Assembly (NCBI GenBank): GCA_034189385.1 | Contig: JAXHVD010000012.1 | Span: forward strand, 64,001-128,000 | DNA: 64,000 nt | Reading direction: 5' to 3' | Source of the DNA: Thermodesulfobacteriota bacterium | Lineage (GTDB): Bacteria; Desulfobacterota; Desulfobacteria; Desulfobacterales; C00003060 | Shown: one piece after another, positions 40,505-51,048 of the stretch | Layout: every line of letters begins with the position of its first letter | Numbering within the stretch: position 1 is the stretch's first letter | Notes under the pieces: generated by a model | Databases searched by the model: none | Seen by the model: only the letters and a program-made list of their open reading frames with translations | What the model was told of the DNA's origin: nothing | Position numbers and translations under genes: made by a program

Positions 40505-41275
40505 ATGAGCAAGATGATTTGCATTTCAGGCATGCACAGGGGCGGGACCTCGCTCACTGCTTCGTGGTTGCGGGCATGTGGCCTCACAATCCACGACGGT
40601 GAGCTCATGGGCCCCGGAGTCGGCAATTCAGCGGGACATTTTGAAGACCTGGATTTTGTCGAGCTTCACTCATCTGCAATACGCAGGCGGATTCCCAAAT
40701 CACATGGGTGGAAGGTATTCTCTGAAGGCTTCTTGACGTTGAGCGATGATGAATCGTCCCGCGCCAAGGAGCTGGCTAGCAAAAGGAATGAAAAATATGA
40801 CACATGGGGCTGGAAAGACCCGAGGTCTGTCCTCTTTCTCAAGCAATGGAAAGCAATAGTCCCAGAGGCAAGAGTCCTATTGATTTGGAGACCGTGTTAT
40901 GACACTGCCATTTCTTTAATAAGGCGGTCAAGAAATTCAAATCAACGTCTCCTTAAAGTCAGCTGGCCTCAATCAGTGAAATTATGGATATCCTATAACG
41001 AAAGAGTATGCGATTACAAGCAGAAATACCCTGACGATACCTTGCTATTGCCCATGTACTATATTATTAACCATGATCAAACGGTGCTAAATTTACTCAA
41101 CAACAGATTTGAAACGAGTTTAAGGTACCATCCTATCAGTGGCATTTTCAATCCAGCTCTCTTGCATGTAGCAAAAACACCTCTGTTGCTGCGATTGCTC
41201 GGTTTCTATTATACAATCTCTAGAATTGAGAAAAGATTGGAAAATCTTTCAGACGTACACTTCTGTTCACCATGA
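40505..41275 (+). CDS. sulfotransferase-family protein
   Basis: GMHRGGTS, GHFED, WGWKDPR, WR...A.SL.RR, W..YN. Confidence 0.8.
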   Translation: MSKMICISGMHRGGTSLTASWLRACGLTIHDGELMGPGVGNSAGHFEDLDFVELHSSAIRRRIPKSHGWKVFSEGFLTLSDDESSRAKELASKRNEKYDTWGWKDPRSVLFLKQWKAIVPEARVLLIWRPCYDTAISLIRRSRNSNQRLLKVSWPQSVKLWISYNERVCDYKQKYPDDTLLLPMYYIINHDQTVLNLLNNRFETSLRYHPISGIFNPALLHVAKTPLLLRLLGFYYTISRIEKRLENLSDVHFCSP

Positions 41276-41328
41276 AAGGTGAGCATGCGCTATGCCATAA
41301 GCGTTCAAGCACTTGCAAATTGAGGCCT

Positions 41329-41446
41329 TTGAACCGATTAAGCGAGCGCATTCCCCCTAGCTTGCTGCGGGGTTAGCGAGCGTATATAAAATCAGACATA
41401 TTCCTTACGGTCGAAGATTCCCTGCAGCTTGCTGCAGGGTCTTCAA
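41329..41446. mobile_element. palindrome-bearing non-autonomous element (IS200/IS605-end or REP-like)
   Basis: Starts TTGAA and ends TTCAA; hairpins CCCCctagcTTGCTGCGGGG (41353-41372) and CCCTGCAGC-TT-GCTGCAGGG (41420-41439); AGCGAGCG twice. Confidence 0.65.
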
Positions 41447-41729
41447 TAACCCTTCAGATTTGGGATTTTATGTTTTCTGTCAGCTTTTTTAGCAACGGCA
41501 AATTGTATTTTCGATGATATTGTCTAGACAGTGCATTTAATTGGGCTTTTTTTGCAAAAAATGCCCCAATCCGATTCATGTCGTTGATTTCGCCATAGGC
41601 AGGCATCATAAAAGTCTTATGGCTTTTTTGGGAATTCTTCGGCCCATAACTGAAGCGCAATAGGTAGATGAAGCGTAGCCTCCCGGAGGTTGTGCGAAGG
41701 TCTCTATTTATGAGCGCGTCTATTAATGT

Positions 41730-42722
41730 ATGACTCGAAACAAACAACTAGCGGTAGTTGTCCCTGCATACAAGGCCGCGTTTCTCGAGCCAGCATTGGA
41801 ATCACTCTCCGCGCAGACCGACAAGCGATTTGTGGTTTACGTTGGCGACGACTGCAGCCCTGAAAATGTAGGCGAAATATGTGACCGATTCGCCCATCAT
41901 CTCGATCTATCTTACCGGCGGTTCGACGAAAACCTGGGTAAAAAATCGTTAGTAGCCCACTGGAATCGCTGTATCAGACTTTCATCACAGCCTTGGATAT
42001 GTCTGTTCTCAGATGACGATATTATGGAGCCACGATGTGTTGAGGCATTCTATCGTGCCCTTCGCCATACTGGCGGAAGACACAACCTCTATCGTTTTGA
42101 CACACTGACAATTGATCAAAATGGGAAACTGTTACGCATTAATCCTCCACATCCTGAGCTTGAGTCGGCCATTCAATTTGCCTATCATCGCCTCAGTATG
42201 CATCGTGCGAGCTTTGTCTCTGAATACATCTTTGCTCGTCATGCATTCGATCGACAAAATGGAATGATTGACTTTCCTGCGGCATGGTGTTCTGACGACG
42301 CTTCTTGGATTGTTTTTTCCGGAGAGGAAGCTATCTACACCGTCCGTGGTCCTAAAGTCCGGTGGCGAGATAGCGCCCTAAACATAACTACGCCCAATGC
42401 CACATTTCAAAAAGAAAAAATCGAAGCAGACCTAGAGTACATGAACTGGCTGAACAAACACTTCGCCGATAAACAGCTTGATAAGCTAGAGCTCAACATC
42501 CAACTCATAAATGACTGTGCTAAGAAATGGTTCTATTTCCAACTTAAACTACTTGCTCCTCTAAGAATTGCAACTTGCGCAAAGCTTTGTCTGGATTCGC
42601 ACAGTGTCTGGAATGATCGGTTTTTTAAAAAGCTCTGCAGGCTAATTTCGATTCACTTCAGATGTTACGCAAGAAGTGCAGTCGATGGCCTTGCTAAGAC
42701 GATATTGCCCTCTGACAAGTGA
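41730..42722 (+). CDS. glycosyltransferase family 2
   Basis: VVPAYK, VGDDCS, HWNRC, FSDDD, AWCSDD. Confidence 0.88.
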   Translation: MTRNKQLAVVVPAYKAAFLEPALESLSAQTDKRFVVYVGDDCSPENVGEICDRFAHHLDLSYRRFDENLGKKSLVAHWNRCIRLSSQPWICLFSDDDIMEPRCVEAFYRALRHTGGRHNLYRFDTLTIDQNGKLLRINPPHPELESAIQFAYHRLSMHRASFVSEYIFARHAFDRQNGMIDFPAAWCSDDASWIVFSGEEAIYTVRGPKVRWRDSALNITTPNATFQKEKIEADLEYMNWLNKHFADKQLDKLELNIQLINDCAKKWFYFQLKLLAPLRIATCAKLCLDSHSVWNDRFFKKLCRLISIHFRCYARSAVDGLAKTILPSDK

Positions 42723-42754
42723 ATAAGTCAATTCGCACCGCATAAACAGCGAAG

Positions 42755-44161
42755 ATGAGTCAAAAACCAGAACCAAGTGAGAATGGCTGTGCAGGCGATT
42801 TGGCCACTGCTGAGCTCAACCTTGCTAAACGTCAATGCATGAAGATTCTAGTCGTCACAAGAGCTTTTCCAGTTGAAAACACCATCGGCTCCCATTCCTA
42901 TCTTCTGGCACTGGTAGCCTATCTGAAAAAGTCGGGCTTTAGAGTTAGGCTGCTGGTACTGGATCCATCACCTGGAGGAAACGTTCCCGTTTTTGTCATC
43001 CCAGCTTCGGCCAGGAGGCTTTTTCCGGTATTGGCTAGGGATAACATACAAATTTCTCACCTCTTGCTTCGATTCAAGTCCTTCGCAGACTGCCTCGTGT
43101 CACCAGTCTGGGCTGCATATTACGCCGTTGCCGAAGCATTGCAGAATCTGCTGTGCCGGCCCTTCCATGGTGCAATGATAAGAATGCACCATATTCTGAG
43201 GCAGTTTGCTACGGTTAAGAATAACACGGTTCAGCCATGGGACGCGTTGACCACATCGGATGAGGTAGACTTTTGCAGAAATGCCTTTCTTGCGGACAAA
43301 CCAGATGTCGTCATCGCCAACTACGCTTTCCTCGGTCATGTCTTTTCCGCCATCCCCCCAGAAACACCGGCCTTGAGGGTCATTTTGACCCATGACGTCC
43401 GTCACGAAAGGGTTAGAGACTTCGAGAAGAAGAGGATTCCTATATTGGGTGAATCGGAATTGGATTTACAAAAAGAAAAAAGGTTGCTAGCCGGCGCACA
43501 ATTACTTTTAGCTATTCAAGAGGAAGACGCTGCCTCTCTTAAAGATATGATGCCGCAATGCGAGGTATTGACAGTGCCAATGCCAGCAGTCCTTAAGAGC
43601 ACCTTGGCGAACCAGGTCTCTGGTCGCTGCCTGTTTGTGGGCAGCCTTGCAAATCACAATGTCTATGGACTTAATTGGCTTCTTGAAAACGTCTGGCCGT
43701 TAGTGCTCCGATCAGTTCCTTATGCTACTCTCCACGTATGCGGAACAGTCTGTCACACTATAACGAAGGAGGCCCAAAACGTCTCGTTTTTGGGCAGGGT
43801 GGATGATTTGATTACTGAATATGGCGCTGCCCAAGTCTGCCTTGTTCCTTTGATTGTTGGAAGTGGGCTCAAGATTAAACTAGTGGAAGCTTTGTCGTAT
43901 GGCCGCGTCTGCGTGTCGACGCCCATTGGAGTACAGGGCATCCGTGATATTCAAGACAAGGCGGTAGTTGTGGCTGACAGTGCTCAAAGTTTTGCCATGG
44001 CCGTTCAGAGAATCTTGACTGATACAGACAAGCGCCGATCTATGGAAGAACAGGCCCGTTCCTTTGTTAGTGCAAGGCTCTCTCCTGAAACGGTCTATCA
44101 ACCATTAGTAGACCGTATATGTAGACATATGTCGGAAACCGTGGGCTTAGAGGTTGCTTAA
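42755..44161 (+). CDS. glycosyltransferase family 4 (GT-B)
   Basis: LFVGS...N..GL.W, PLIVGSGLKIKLVEALSYG..VSTPIG. Confidence 0.88.
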   Translation: MSQKPEPSENGCAGDLATAELNLAKRQCMKILVVTRAFPVENTIGSHSYLLALVAYLKKSGFRVRLLVLDPSPGGNVPVFVIPASARRLFPVLARDNIQISHLLLRFKSFADCLVSPVWAAYYAVAEALQNLLCRPFHGAMIRMHHILRQFATVKNNTVQPWDALTTSDEVDFCRNAFLADKPDVVIANYAFLGHVFSAIPPETPALRVILTHDVRHERVRDFEKKRIPILGESELDLQKEKRLLAGAQLLLAIQEEDAASLKDMMPQCEVLTVPMPAVLKSTLANQVSGRCLFVGSLANHNVYGLNWLLENVWPLVLRSVPYATLHVCGTVCHTITKEAQNVSFLGRVDDLITEYGAAQVCLVPLIVGSGLKIKLVEALSYGRVCVSTPIGVQGIRDIQDKAVVVADSAQSFAMAVQRILTDTDKRRSMEEQARSFVSARLSPETVYQPLVDRICRHMSETVGLEVA

Positions 44162-44186
44162 ATGATGACATCCATATTATGTAAAA

Positions 44187-46022
44187 ATGTCCTGCCCCGC
44201 CATGTCTAATGTCAATATCATCCAAAGAATACTTTTTCCATCCTCAAATCAAGTGTCAAGGCTCTATATGAGGTGCGAAATCACCGGTTCAGATGCCAGT
44301 TCTGCAATCCCCGGTCCTGTTTTGATGAACCAGGGTGACGTAGTTTCCTTAGATACTTACTTCAATTCATTTTATGAGAGTTTCTACGCCAATTATACAA
44401 ACCTACTTTCCACATTTTACGCGCTGGAACTCGAAGGCGATTTTAGCGTCCTAGTTTACCGAAGCTATGAGGACGGGGCCACTGAGCTAGTTTCCGTCCA
44501 CGAACTAACCAATTGTGAAACATCACGGGCGGCAAGAATTCCGCTTCCCTGTCTCGGGCGAAATGCATCTGAAGCCACTGGCCGCATTCATATCAAGATA
44601 GAAAGCCAAAGCACCCCGAGCCTATTTGCAGGCGGATTCATTGCTACTAATCAGAACAGGTCTAGACACGTTTCGCTGGGGATAATTTCGTGTACTTTTA
44701 GAAGGGAAGAGTACCTAAAGAAGACAGTGCAAACTATCGTAACTGACGAATACCTGAAACAGAAGCACTTGGAGATTTACGTTGTTGACAACGGGAATAC
44801 TTTGAGCGAAGCCGACTTTCCTGACAAGAGAGTTCGGCTTATCCCCAACAGAAACGTCGGCGGCAGTGGAGGGTTTAGCCGCGGACTGATCGAAGCGCTG
44901 CGGGAACGGACCTGTACCCATCTTCTTCTTATGGATGATGACATAGAGTTAGAGGCCGAAGCGCTTTGCAGGCTTTTTGCCTTATACGAATACGCAAACC
45001 AAGACTTTGCAGTCTCCGGCACGATGCTCGACCTCTACAAAAAAACCACAGTCCATGAAGCTGGAGCATTGTGGGCTTTTGATAAAAGACGGAATTGCCA
45101 TAATCCATTGGCCCTCACTTCTTTAAAAAATGGGACCAATCTTGAGAATGCAGGCCGGCTTGACCTCCTTTTGCAAGAAGAGCCTATAGATTTCGGAGCA
45201 TTCTGGTTCTTCAGTCTCCCGGAGGATATGGTTAGGAAAATTGGTCTCACAATGCCCTTTTTTGTAAGAGGAGACGATATAGAATTTGGCCTTCGAATTA
45301 CCAGATGCCTTCGCCACGCCATTGTAGCCTTTCCCGGTATCGCTGTCTGGCATGAGCCTTTTTATGCCAAGATTTCCCCTCTGGGGTCCTATTATTATAT
45401 TCGCAATTCTCTTATACTGAACTCTGTCCACAGTATTTCGACGTTTGCAAAGACCATCTCCGCGGGCACACACCTTCTTCTATCGGCTTTGTTTCTCTTT
45501 GATTATTATGAGGCAGAAACTTGTGTTAGAGCCTTCCAAGATTACCTCACAGGTCCGGCCCTTATTACGCAAAACCCTGCCGAGCAGCTACATGCCAGGT
45601 TAACGCAAAAAACAAAAAGCTACACAAGTCGAACAACTATTTCATTGCAGCAATGTACTGACGATCAGTCTTGTCAACCACCCACCGCTTTAACCTTTAA
45701 AAAACTAGTTATGTTGGCCACATTGAACGGACACTTGTTGCCTAACAACTTCATAAGGCAGGGCACTACGGATTGTCTGGACGTCCGTTATGAATGGGAA
45801 AAGATATTCATGAAGAGGGCATTAAACTTCCGTCGGTACGACCGCATGTACCAAACCACTATGAACAGAAGAACCGGAATCCGGCTCTTATTTGCATGGG
45901 CAAAGATAGTCATTAAGGCCGGTTTCAAATGGCCCTTCTTACGAACTGAATGGAGAGAAGCTTCGAGATTCATGACGAGCCAACGCTTTTGGGAGAATTA
46001 TCTCGGATTGACCAGGACTTGA
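44187..46022 (+). CDS. GlfT2-like galactofuranosyltransferase (GT2)
   Basis: CTFRR, VVDNG, NVGGSGGFSRG, LMDDD, FFVRGDDIEFGLR, VWHEPF, YYYIRN; N-terminal beta domain with TYFNSF. Confidence 0.8.
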   Translation: MSCPAMSNVNIIQRILFPSSNQVSRLYMRCEITGSDASSAIPGPVLMNQGDVVSLDTYFNSFYESFYANYTNLLSTFYALELEGDFSVLVYRSYEDGATELVSVHELTNCETSRAARIPLPCLGRNASEATGRIHIKIESQSTPSLFAGGFIATNQNRSRHVSLGIISCTFRREEYLKKTVQTIVTDEYLKQKHLEIYVVDNGNTLSEADFPDKRVRLIPNRNVGGSGGFSRGLIEALRERTCTHLLLMDDDIELEAEALCRLFALYEYANQDFAVSGTMLDLYKKTTVHEAGALWAFDKRRNCHNPLALTSLKNGTNLENAGRLDLLLQEEPIDFGAFWFFSLPEDMVRKIGLTMPFFVRGDDIEFGLRITRCLRHAIVAFPGIAVWHEPFYAKISPLGSYYYIRNSLILNSVHSISTFAKTISAGTHLLLSALFLFDYYEAETCVRAFQDYLTGPALITQNPAEQLHARLTQKTKSYTSRTTISLQQCTDDQSCQPPTALTFKKLVMLATLNGHLLPNNFIRQGTTDCLDVRYEWEKIFMKRALNFRRYDRMYQTTMNRRTGIRLLFAWAKIVIKAGFKWPFLRTEWREASRFMTSQRFWENYLGLTRT

Positions 46023-46709
46023 TCTCTGCGCTCAACAGTTATGTATAGTCCAATGGATCGCCAAGGGTGAACAGGCGGAATCTGTAAAAGGCATAAACAT
46101 GTCGTCGTCATCCTCTATACCGCCAAGACTCGTATCGTGGTCTGGGATACTTCTGACCTGCCAGTTTCTGGGGCCAATGGCTTCCCTGATGACCTTCGTC
46201 GTTCCTGCTAAATTGGAGCCTGGGACTAGGAGACGAGGTTGCAATGGCCATCTTACGGAGAGGTATTTCGCTCTCAAATATTAGGCGCCCAATGGATTTT
46301 TTGCAGTCACACTGCTGTCAGACACTTGTCAAAGATTTGTGACGCCGAGAATGTAAACATGTGCTCATTTGTCCGTTTCCAAACAGAATAACTGTTTCTC
46401 ACAAGAAAGCCTCCAGTCGATCCGTTCCAGACCAGTACTCTTTCAGGGTCATACAAACCTTATAATTGCTCATGCTACCCACTGTTTCATTGGTCACTGC
46501 CTTTTGATAATTGATGTATCTACCTTTCCCATCGATGGGTCGAATTGAGTACATGCTTTTGCCTATCTGCCATCATTGCATCTGTGTCAAGAACCGGTCC
46601 TCATAGTGACACCGATCGGTGCGTTTGCGAAGATGGGGTGTGTTTCATAATTGCGCCCCAATACAATGACTCCTGTTCACGAAATACGCCACCAAACGAA
46701 GCGGCAAAC

Positions 46710-48179
46710 ATGATGATGGATTGCGGGCCCTCAATTGAAATTCCTATGGTCAGTGTTATTATCGTTACCTGGAACAAGGAAAAGGATGTCACGCGATTAC
46801 TTGAGCAGCTAAGGCATATAGACTATCCGGAAAACAAGTATGAGATAACAGTTGTGGACAACAATTCTTCAGACAATACTGCACAGTCCATAGAATCTAG
46901 ATTCCCTTCGGTGCACCTTCTAAGGAATCAAGAAAACCTGGGCGGTGCCGGCGGCTTCAATACGGGAATGCAGTGGGTCCTGGAGAATCGTCCTGGATCC
47001 AAGTACATGTGGCTCTTGGACAATGATGTTCTGGTGGAAAGAAACGCATTAAAAGAACTCGTGAATGTCATGGAGAGTCGTCCTGATGCCGGCATTTGCG
47101 GCTCAAGGATCATGAATACTGACGACCGCTCAGAGATTTTAGAAATCGGCGCATTCATCGACTACCGTATCGGCGAATCCATTAGAAATGTTCCGAAGAA
47201 GAACCGCCTTAGGGACAAAGATGTCCTATTCGAAGTGGATTACGTATCTGCCTGTTCCCTTCTGGCCAGGACCGAGCTCGTTAGGAAATTGGGACTATTC
47301 AACGATAGTCTATTTGTGTACTGGGATGATAAAGAGTGGGGAGTGCGTTTTAATGCTTCTGGTTGCATGGTCCTCGCCTCCAACGCCTCAGTTGTATATC
47401 ATCCCGACTGGACCGAGGGCCGCATGGCTGACAATTCTAAGATATGGCGGACATATTATGGGATCCGCAACTGCTTGTGGTTTTTCAATAACTATGTGTC
47501 TGGGATCAAGAGACGGCTCCTTTTGGTCAAGATTGTTGTTCATTCTATGAAGTCCGCCCTGCAGTGCTGCCTCAACGCCCGTTTAACCCTCTCTAAGGCC
47601 ATTGTTGGAGCAGTAGAAGATTTCTTCAAAGACAGTTATGGGGGAAAAAGATTCCAGATGCCACCTGACGATATGGACACGCATTTCAGGGACCATAGGG
47701 TCAAAGGGGCTTGTGTTTTTTTCTCCGATGCTAGGACGTCGAAAGATGTTGAAGAATTTGTGGGTGATTTGATGGGCAAGTATTCAGACATGACAATCTA
47801 CTCCATCGTTCCAGAAGAGGTCTGGAATACCTGGGCAGATCTATCGGGCAAGGAGAGTGTTCTAGCTTATAGAAGACCTAGAGAAGGAACGATCTCGTGG
47901 ACAGACAGACTTAGAATTATGCACTTTCTTTGGAGGAAACCTTGGAGTCTTTTGCTGACACCTCCCCGTTCTTTCACGGTGGCAGGTATAGGTAGTAGGC
48001 ATGTGGCTGTTGTGGATTTTGAAAAGGGCACGACTATTTCAATTGAAAAAGTGAGTTTCCTTGACTTGGTTTGCATTCCTTTCAAAACGCTGTTTTTTCT
48101 GATACGGGCTTGGATTTTTCCACCAGAAACCAATATGCCCTCCCACCTGTCCATCGTGTCAAAGGGGGATTGCACATGA
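46710..48179 (+). CDS. glycosyltransferase family 2
   Basis: IVTWN, VDNNSSD, NLGGAGGFN, LLDND, YWDDKEW; likely start ATG 46710. Confidence 0.88.
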   Translation: MMMDCGPSIEIPMVSVIIVTWNKEKDVTRLLEQLRHIDYPENKYEITVVDNNSSDNTAQSIESRFPSVHLLRNQENLGGAGGFNTGMQWVLENRPGSKYMWLLDNDVLVERNALKELVNVMESRPDAGICGSRIMNTDDRSEILEIGAFIDYRIGESIRNVPKKNRLRDKDVLFEVDYVSACSLLARTELVRKLGLFNDSLFVYWDDKEWGVRFNASGCMVLASNASVVYHPDWTEGRMADNSKIWRTYYGIRNCLWFFNNYVSGIKRRLLLVKIVVHSMKSALQCCLNARLTLSKAIVGAVEDFFKDSYGGKRFQMPPDDMDTHFRDHRVKGACVFFSDARTSKDVEEFVGDLMGKYSDMTIYSIVPEEVWNTWADLSGKESVLAYRRPREGTISWTDRLRIMHFLWRKPWSLLLTPPRSFTVAGIGSRHVAVVDFEKGTTISIEKVSFLDLVCIPFKTLFFLIRAWIFPPETNMPSHLSIVSKGDCT

Positions 48180-48238
48180 TGGCTCTAGATTCGGTGGCTG
48201 GGCAATAGTTCTAAATTGTTTTCCAAAAGACCTGTACC

Positions 48239-49480
48239 GTGGGCATGACGCACAATACCTCCAATTCCCAGCTTGACATAGGCCCTCCATTAGATGGTCA
48301 CTATGTCCGTGGGAGAGTTTCTGTAATTATTCCCACTTTCAATTATGGGAATTTTCTTCTTGATGCTGTCCAAAGCGCCTTTAGGCAACGGGTGAGGGAC
48401 TTGGAAATAATCGTAGTTGATGATGGATCTACAGACCAAACTCCCGAGATATTGGGTCCCTATAGGAAGAGGCTCAAATACATCTACCAGAAGAACGCTG
48501 GATTATCGGCAGCCAGGAATACCGGTATGGCACACAGCACTGGTGAATTCATCCTGTTCCTTGATGCTGATGATGTTCTTGGTCCAAACTCAATAGCCTT
48601 GCACTTACGACACCTTGATCGCCATCCTGACATCTATATCGTGGTCTGTCGAAGCAGGTTTTTTAAAGACACTACATCCAGCGGACACCCCATTTGTTAT
48701 GATTCACGGAAAATTCCTCAGGGAAATCTTGATCTTCACATCTGTTATTCCAATATTGCCCCACCCCATGCATTTCTGTGCCGACGACAGGCAATCACTG
48801 AAACAGGCTGGTTTGATACCCAGCTTAAGGCCTGCGAAGATTATGATTTCTGGCTCCGCGCTGCAGTAAAGGGTTTTGTCCCACACTGTAACCCTTTGCC
48901 CTTGGTATACTACAGGCGCCATGAAAAGAGTATGTCAGCCGACAGGCTCAACCAATATTGTCACGATGCTATTCTACACAAAAGGCTGTCGGCCTTACTT
49001 CATCAATTTCCTGAATATCCTTCAGGCAGGCGGTTAGAAGGGCTTATGGCCTTTTCCGCAGGGGCACTTCTCACTGCGGCACGCCTGTATGCTCATCAGG
49101 TGGAAGGGACCCAAGATTTGTTGGAGGTCGTATTCAAGGTAACACAGGAGGCGCGGGAAAGGGCTCTTTCTGGAAAGAGTGATTGGAACATCTTTATGAA
49201 GCTATATTGTTTTAAAATATTCTCATTCCTGGTCCTTCCTTGCTTTAGTGACTTCAGCATCGCTGGCCCCATACGTTCTAATCTTAAGGACGTCCTTGCA
49301 GCCGTGAAGGCTCCCCCATCAAGGATAGATCTTCTGGCTGACGCATTCAGATCCTCCCTATCAGGACCACACCGATATCTTTGGGAAAGATGGCAACTAG
49401 CAAAACTTTCCATCAAGTACCTGAGGAATCGCTTCCTACCGTTTGGAAGGTTTTTGAAAGTCTGTGAGCCTGTAAGCTAG
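48239..49480 (+). CDS. glycosyltransferase family 2
   Basis: IIPTFN, VDDGSTD, GLSAARN, FLDADD, EDYDFWLR. Confidence 0.92.
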   Translation: MGMTHNTSNSQLDIGPPLDGHYVRGRVSVIIPTFNYGNFLLDAVQSAFRQRVRDLEIIVVDDGSTDQTPEILGPYRKRLKYIYQKNAGLSAARNTGMAHSTGEFILFLDADDVLGPNSIALHLRHLDRHPDIYIVVCRSRFFKDTTSSGHPICYDSRKIPQGNLDLHICYSNIAPPHAFLCRRQAITETGWFDTQLKACEDYDFWLRAAVKGFVPHCNPLPLVYYRRHEKSMSADRLNQYCHDAILHKRLSALLHQFPEYPSGRRLEGLMAFSAGALLTAARLYAHQVEGTQDLLEVVFKVTQEARERALSGKSDWNIFMKLYCFKIFSFLVLPCFSDFSIAGPIRSNLKDVLAAVKAPPSRIDLLADAFRSSLSGPHRYLWERWQLAKLSIKYLRNRFLPFGRFLKVCEPVS

Positions 49481-49543
49481 GAGTTTATGTTGCGCTAAAG
49501 GCCTCATTTCTAAAAATTTCAGCTTGTTGTTATTGGATCTCAT

Positions 49544-50878
49544 ATGAAAAAGCCCACGTTCATACTCGGTGCTGGCATGACCGGTCTGGGGGCAGGTTTT
49601 GCCTCAGGTCTGCCGATCCTGGAGGCCGCAGACTCGCCAGGTGGTATTTGCTCCTCCTATTATCTTCGGGCAGGGAAGCAAGAACGCCATATGCAATCTC
49701 CATCTGACGGAGAGGCGTATCGCTTTGAAATTGGAGGCGGCCACTGGATTTTCGGCGGGGATCCCGCAGTCCTACATTTCATGGGAAGGTTTGTGAAGCT
49801 GAACAGGTATGCAAGGCAATCGTCTGTCTATTTTCATACAAAAGGAAAATACGTCCCTTATCCAATCCAGAATCATCTTGGCTTTCTGGGTGGAGAAACT
49901 GCAGAGCGTGCCCTGGCAGAGATGGCCGAACGGTTGGGCTCATGCCGCACGATGAAGCAATGGCTGGTCAAGAATTTCGGTCACACACTTTGCAGCCTTT
50001 TCTTCTATCCATTTAATGGGTCGTATACAGCCGGCTTGTATGACCGTATCGCCCCACAGGATGCTTATAAATCACCCGTCAATTTAGCCTTGGCCATTCA
50101 AGGCGCCGCGGCCAACACCCCGCCAACGGGGTATAACGCTACATTTGTCTATCCTCAAGAAGCCTTAAACATCCTTGCCCAGCGACTCGCAAATCGGTGT
50201 GACGTGCAATACGGTAAACGGGTCGCAAAGCTTGATGTGCATGGCCATACACTTTACTTTGATGACGGCACCACCCTTCTCTATGAAAACTTGATCTCCA
50301 CGTTGCCGCTTAATAAGGTCATGGAAATCTCCGGTGTTTCCGTCGGAATGGAACCAGATCCCTATACCTCAGTGCTTGTACTAAACATCGGGGCTTTCCG
50401 CGGCGACCAGTGCCCGAGTGATCACTGGCTTTATACCCCTGACACAACGTCTGCCTTTCACAGAGTGGGCTTTTATAGCAATGTTGATCCATCATTCTTG
50501 CCTCTTTCTGCCCGTGGGACCAATGATAGGGTTAGCATCTATGTTGAAAGGGCCTATGGCGGAGGGGAAAAACCATCAGACCGTGAGATAACCAGATATG
50601 CCAAGAAAGTGGTAGATGAATTGCAGGACTGGGGCTTTGTCCGTGACGCCGAGGTTGTGGACCCTACATGGATCGATGTTGCATACACCTGGTCATGGCC
50701 AGGATCAGATTGGAAAAAAATAGCACTAGAGACGCTTCAGAAACACGGCATCTATCAGGTTGGGCGCTACGGTCGTTGGGTCTTCCAGGGAATAGCAGAC
50801 TCTATCCGTGACGGCCTACTTGTGGGATCGGCCTTTAAAGGTAATCCTGAAATGGCCAAGAGCCATCCGTTTGGTTAA
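49544..50878 (+). CDS. FAD-dependent oxidoreductase, UDP-galactopyranose-mutase-like
   Basis: ILGAGMTGL, GGICSS, GGGHWIF, YPIQNHL, GRYGRW. Confidence 0.7.
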   Translation: MKKPTFILGAGMTGLGAGFASGLPILEAADSPGGICSSYYLRAGKQERHMQSPSDGEAYRFEIGGGHWIFGGDPAVLHFMGRFVKLNRYARQSSVYFHTKGKYVPYPIQNHLGFLGGETAERALAEMAERLGSCRTMKQWLVKNFGHTLCSLFFYPFNGSYTAGLYDRIAPQDAYKSPVNLALAIQGAAANTPPTGYNATFVYPQEALNILAQRLANRCDVQYGKRVAKLDVHGHTLYFDDGTTLLYENLISTLPLNKVMEISGVSVGMEPDPYTSVLVLNIGAFRGDQCPSDHWLYTPDTTSAFHRVGFYSNVDPSFLPLSARGTNDRVSIYVERAYGGGEKPSDREITRYAKKVVDELQDWGFVRDAEVVDPTWIDVAYTWSWPGSDWKKIALETLQKHGIYQVGRYGRWVFQGIADSIRDGLLVGSAFKGNPEMAKSHPFG

Positions 50879-51048
50879 GCTTGCCCAACGCGCGAATTGG
50901 AGGGAAGTCAAGCTCCCTGCCCTCTCTTGCTTGTTATCTTCAGGACTCTTCCCCCAACCCTCATTCTGCTCCCTTAACGGGTGGAGCATCACTAAGGATG
51001 CCGTTGATCCTCACCCTTTTGGCCTGAACATTTTTGATGTGATTAAAT

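Noticed and set aside
43958..43968. GGCGGTAG ops-like element
   Set aside because: Inside a coding sequence with no JUMPstart context; likely chance
46032..46700. Small ORFs and the TTG-extended N-terminus upstream of the 46710 GT2
   Set aside because: No recognisable motifs or RBS; treated as intergenic
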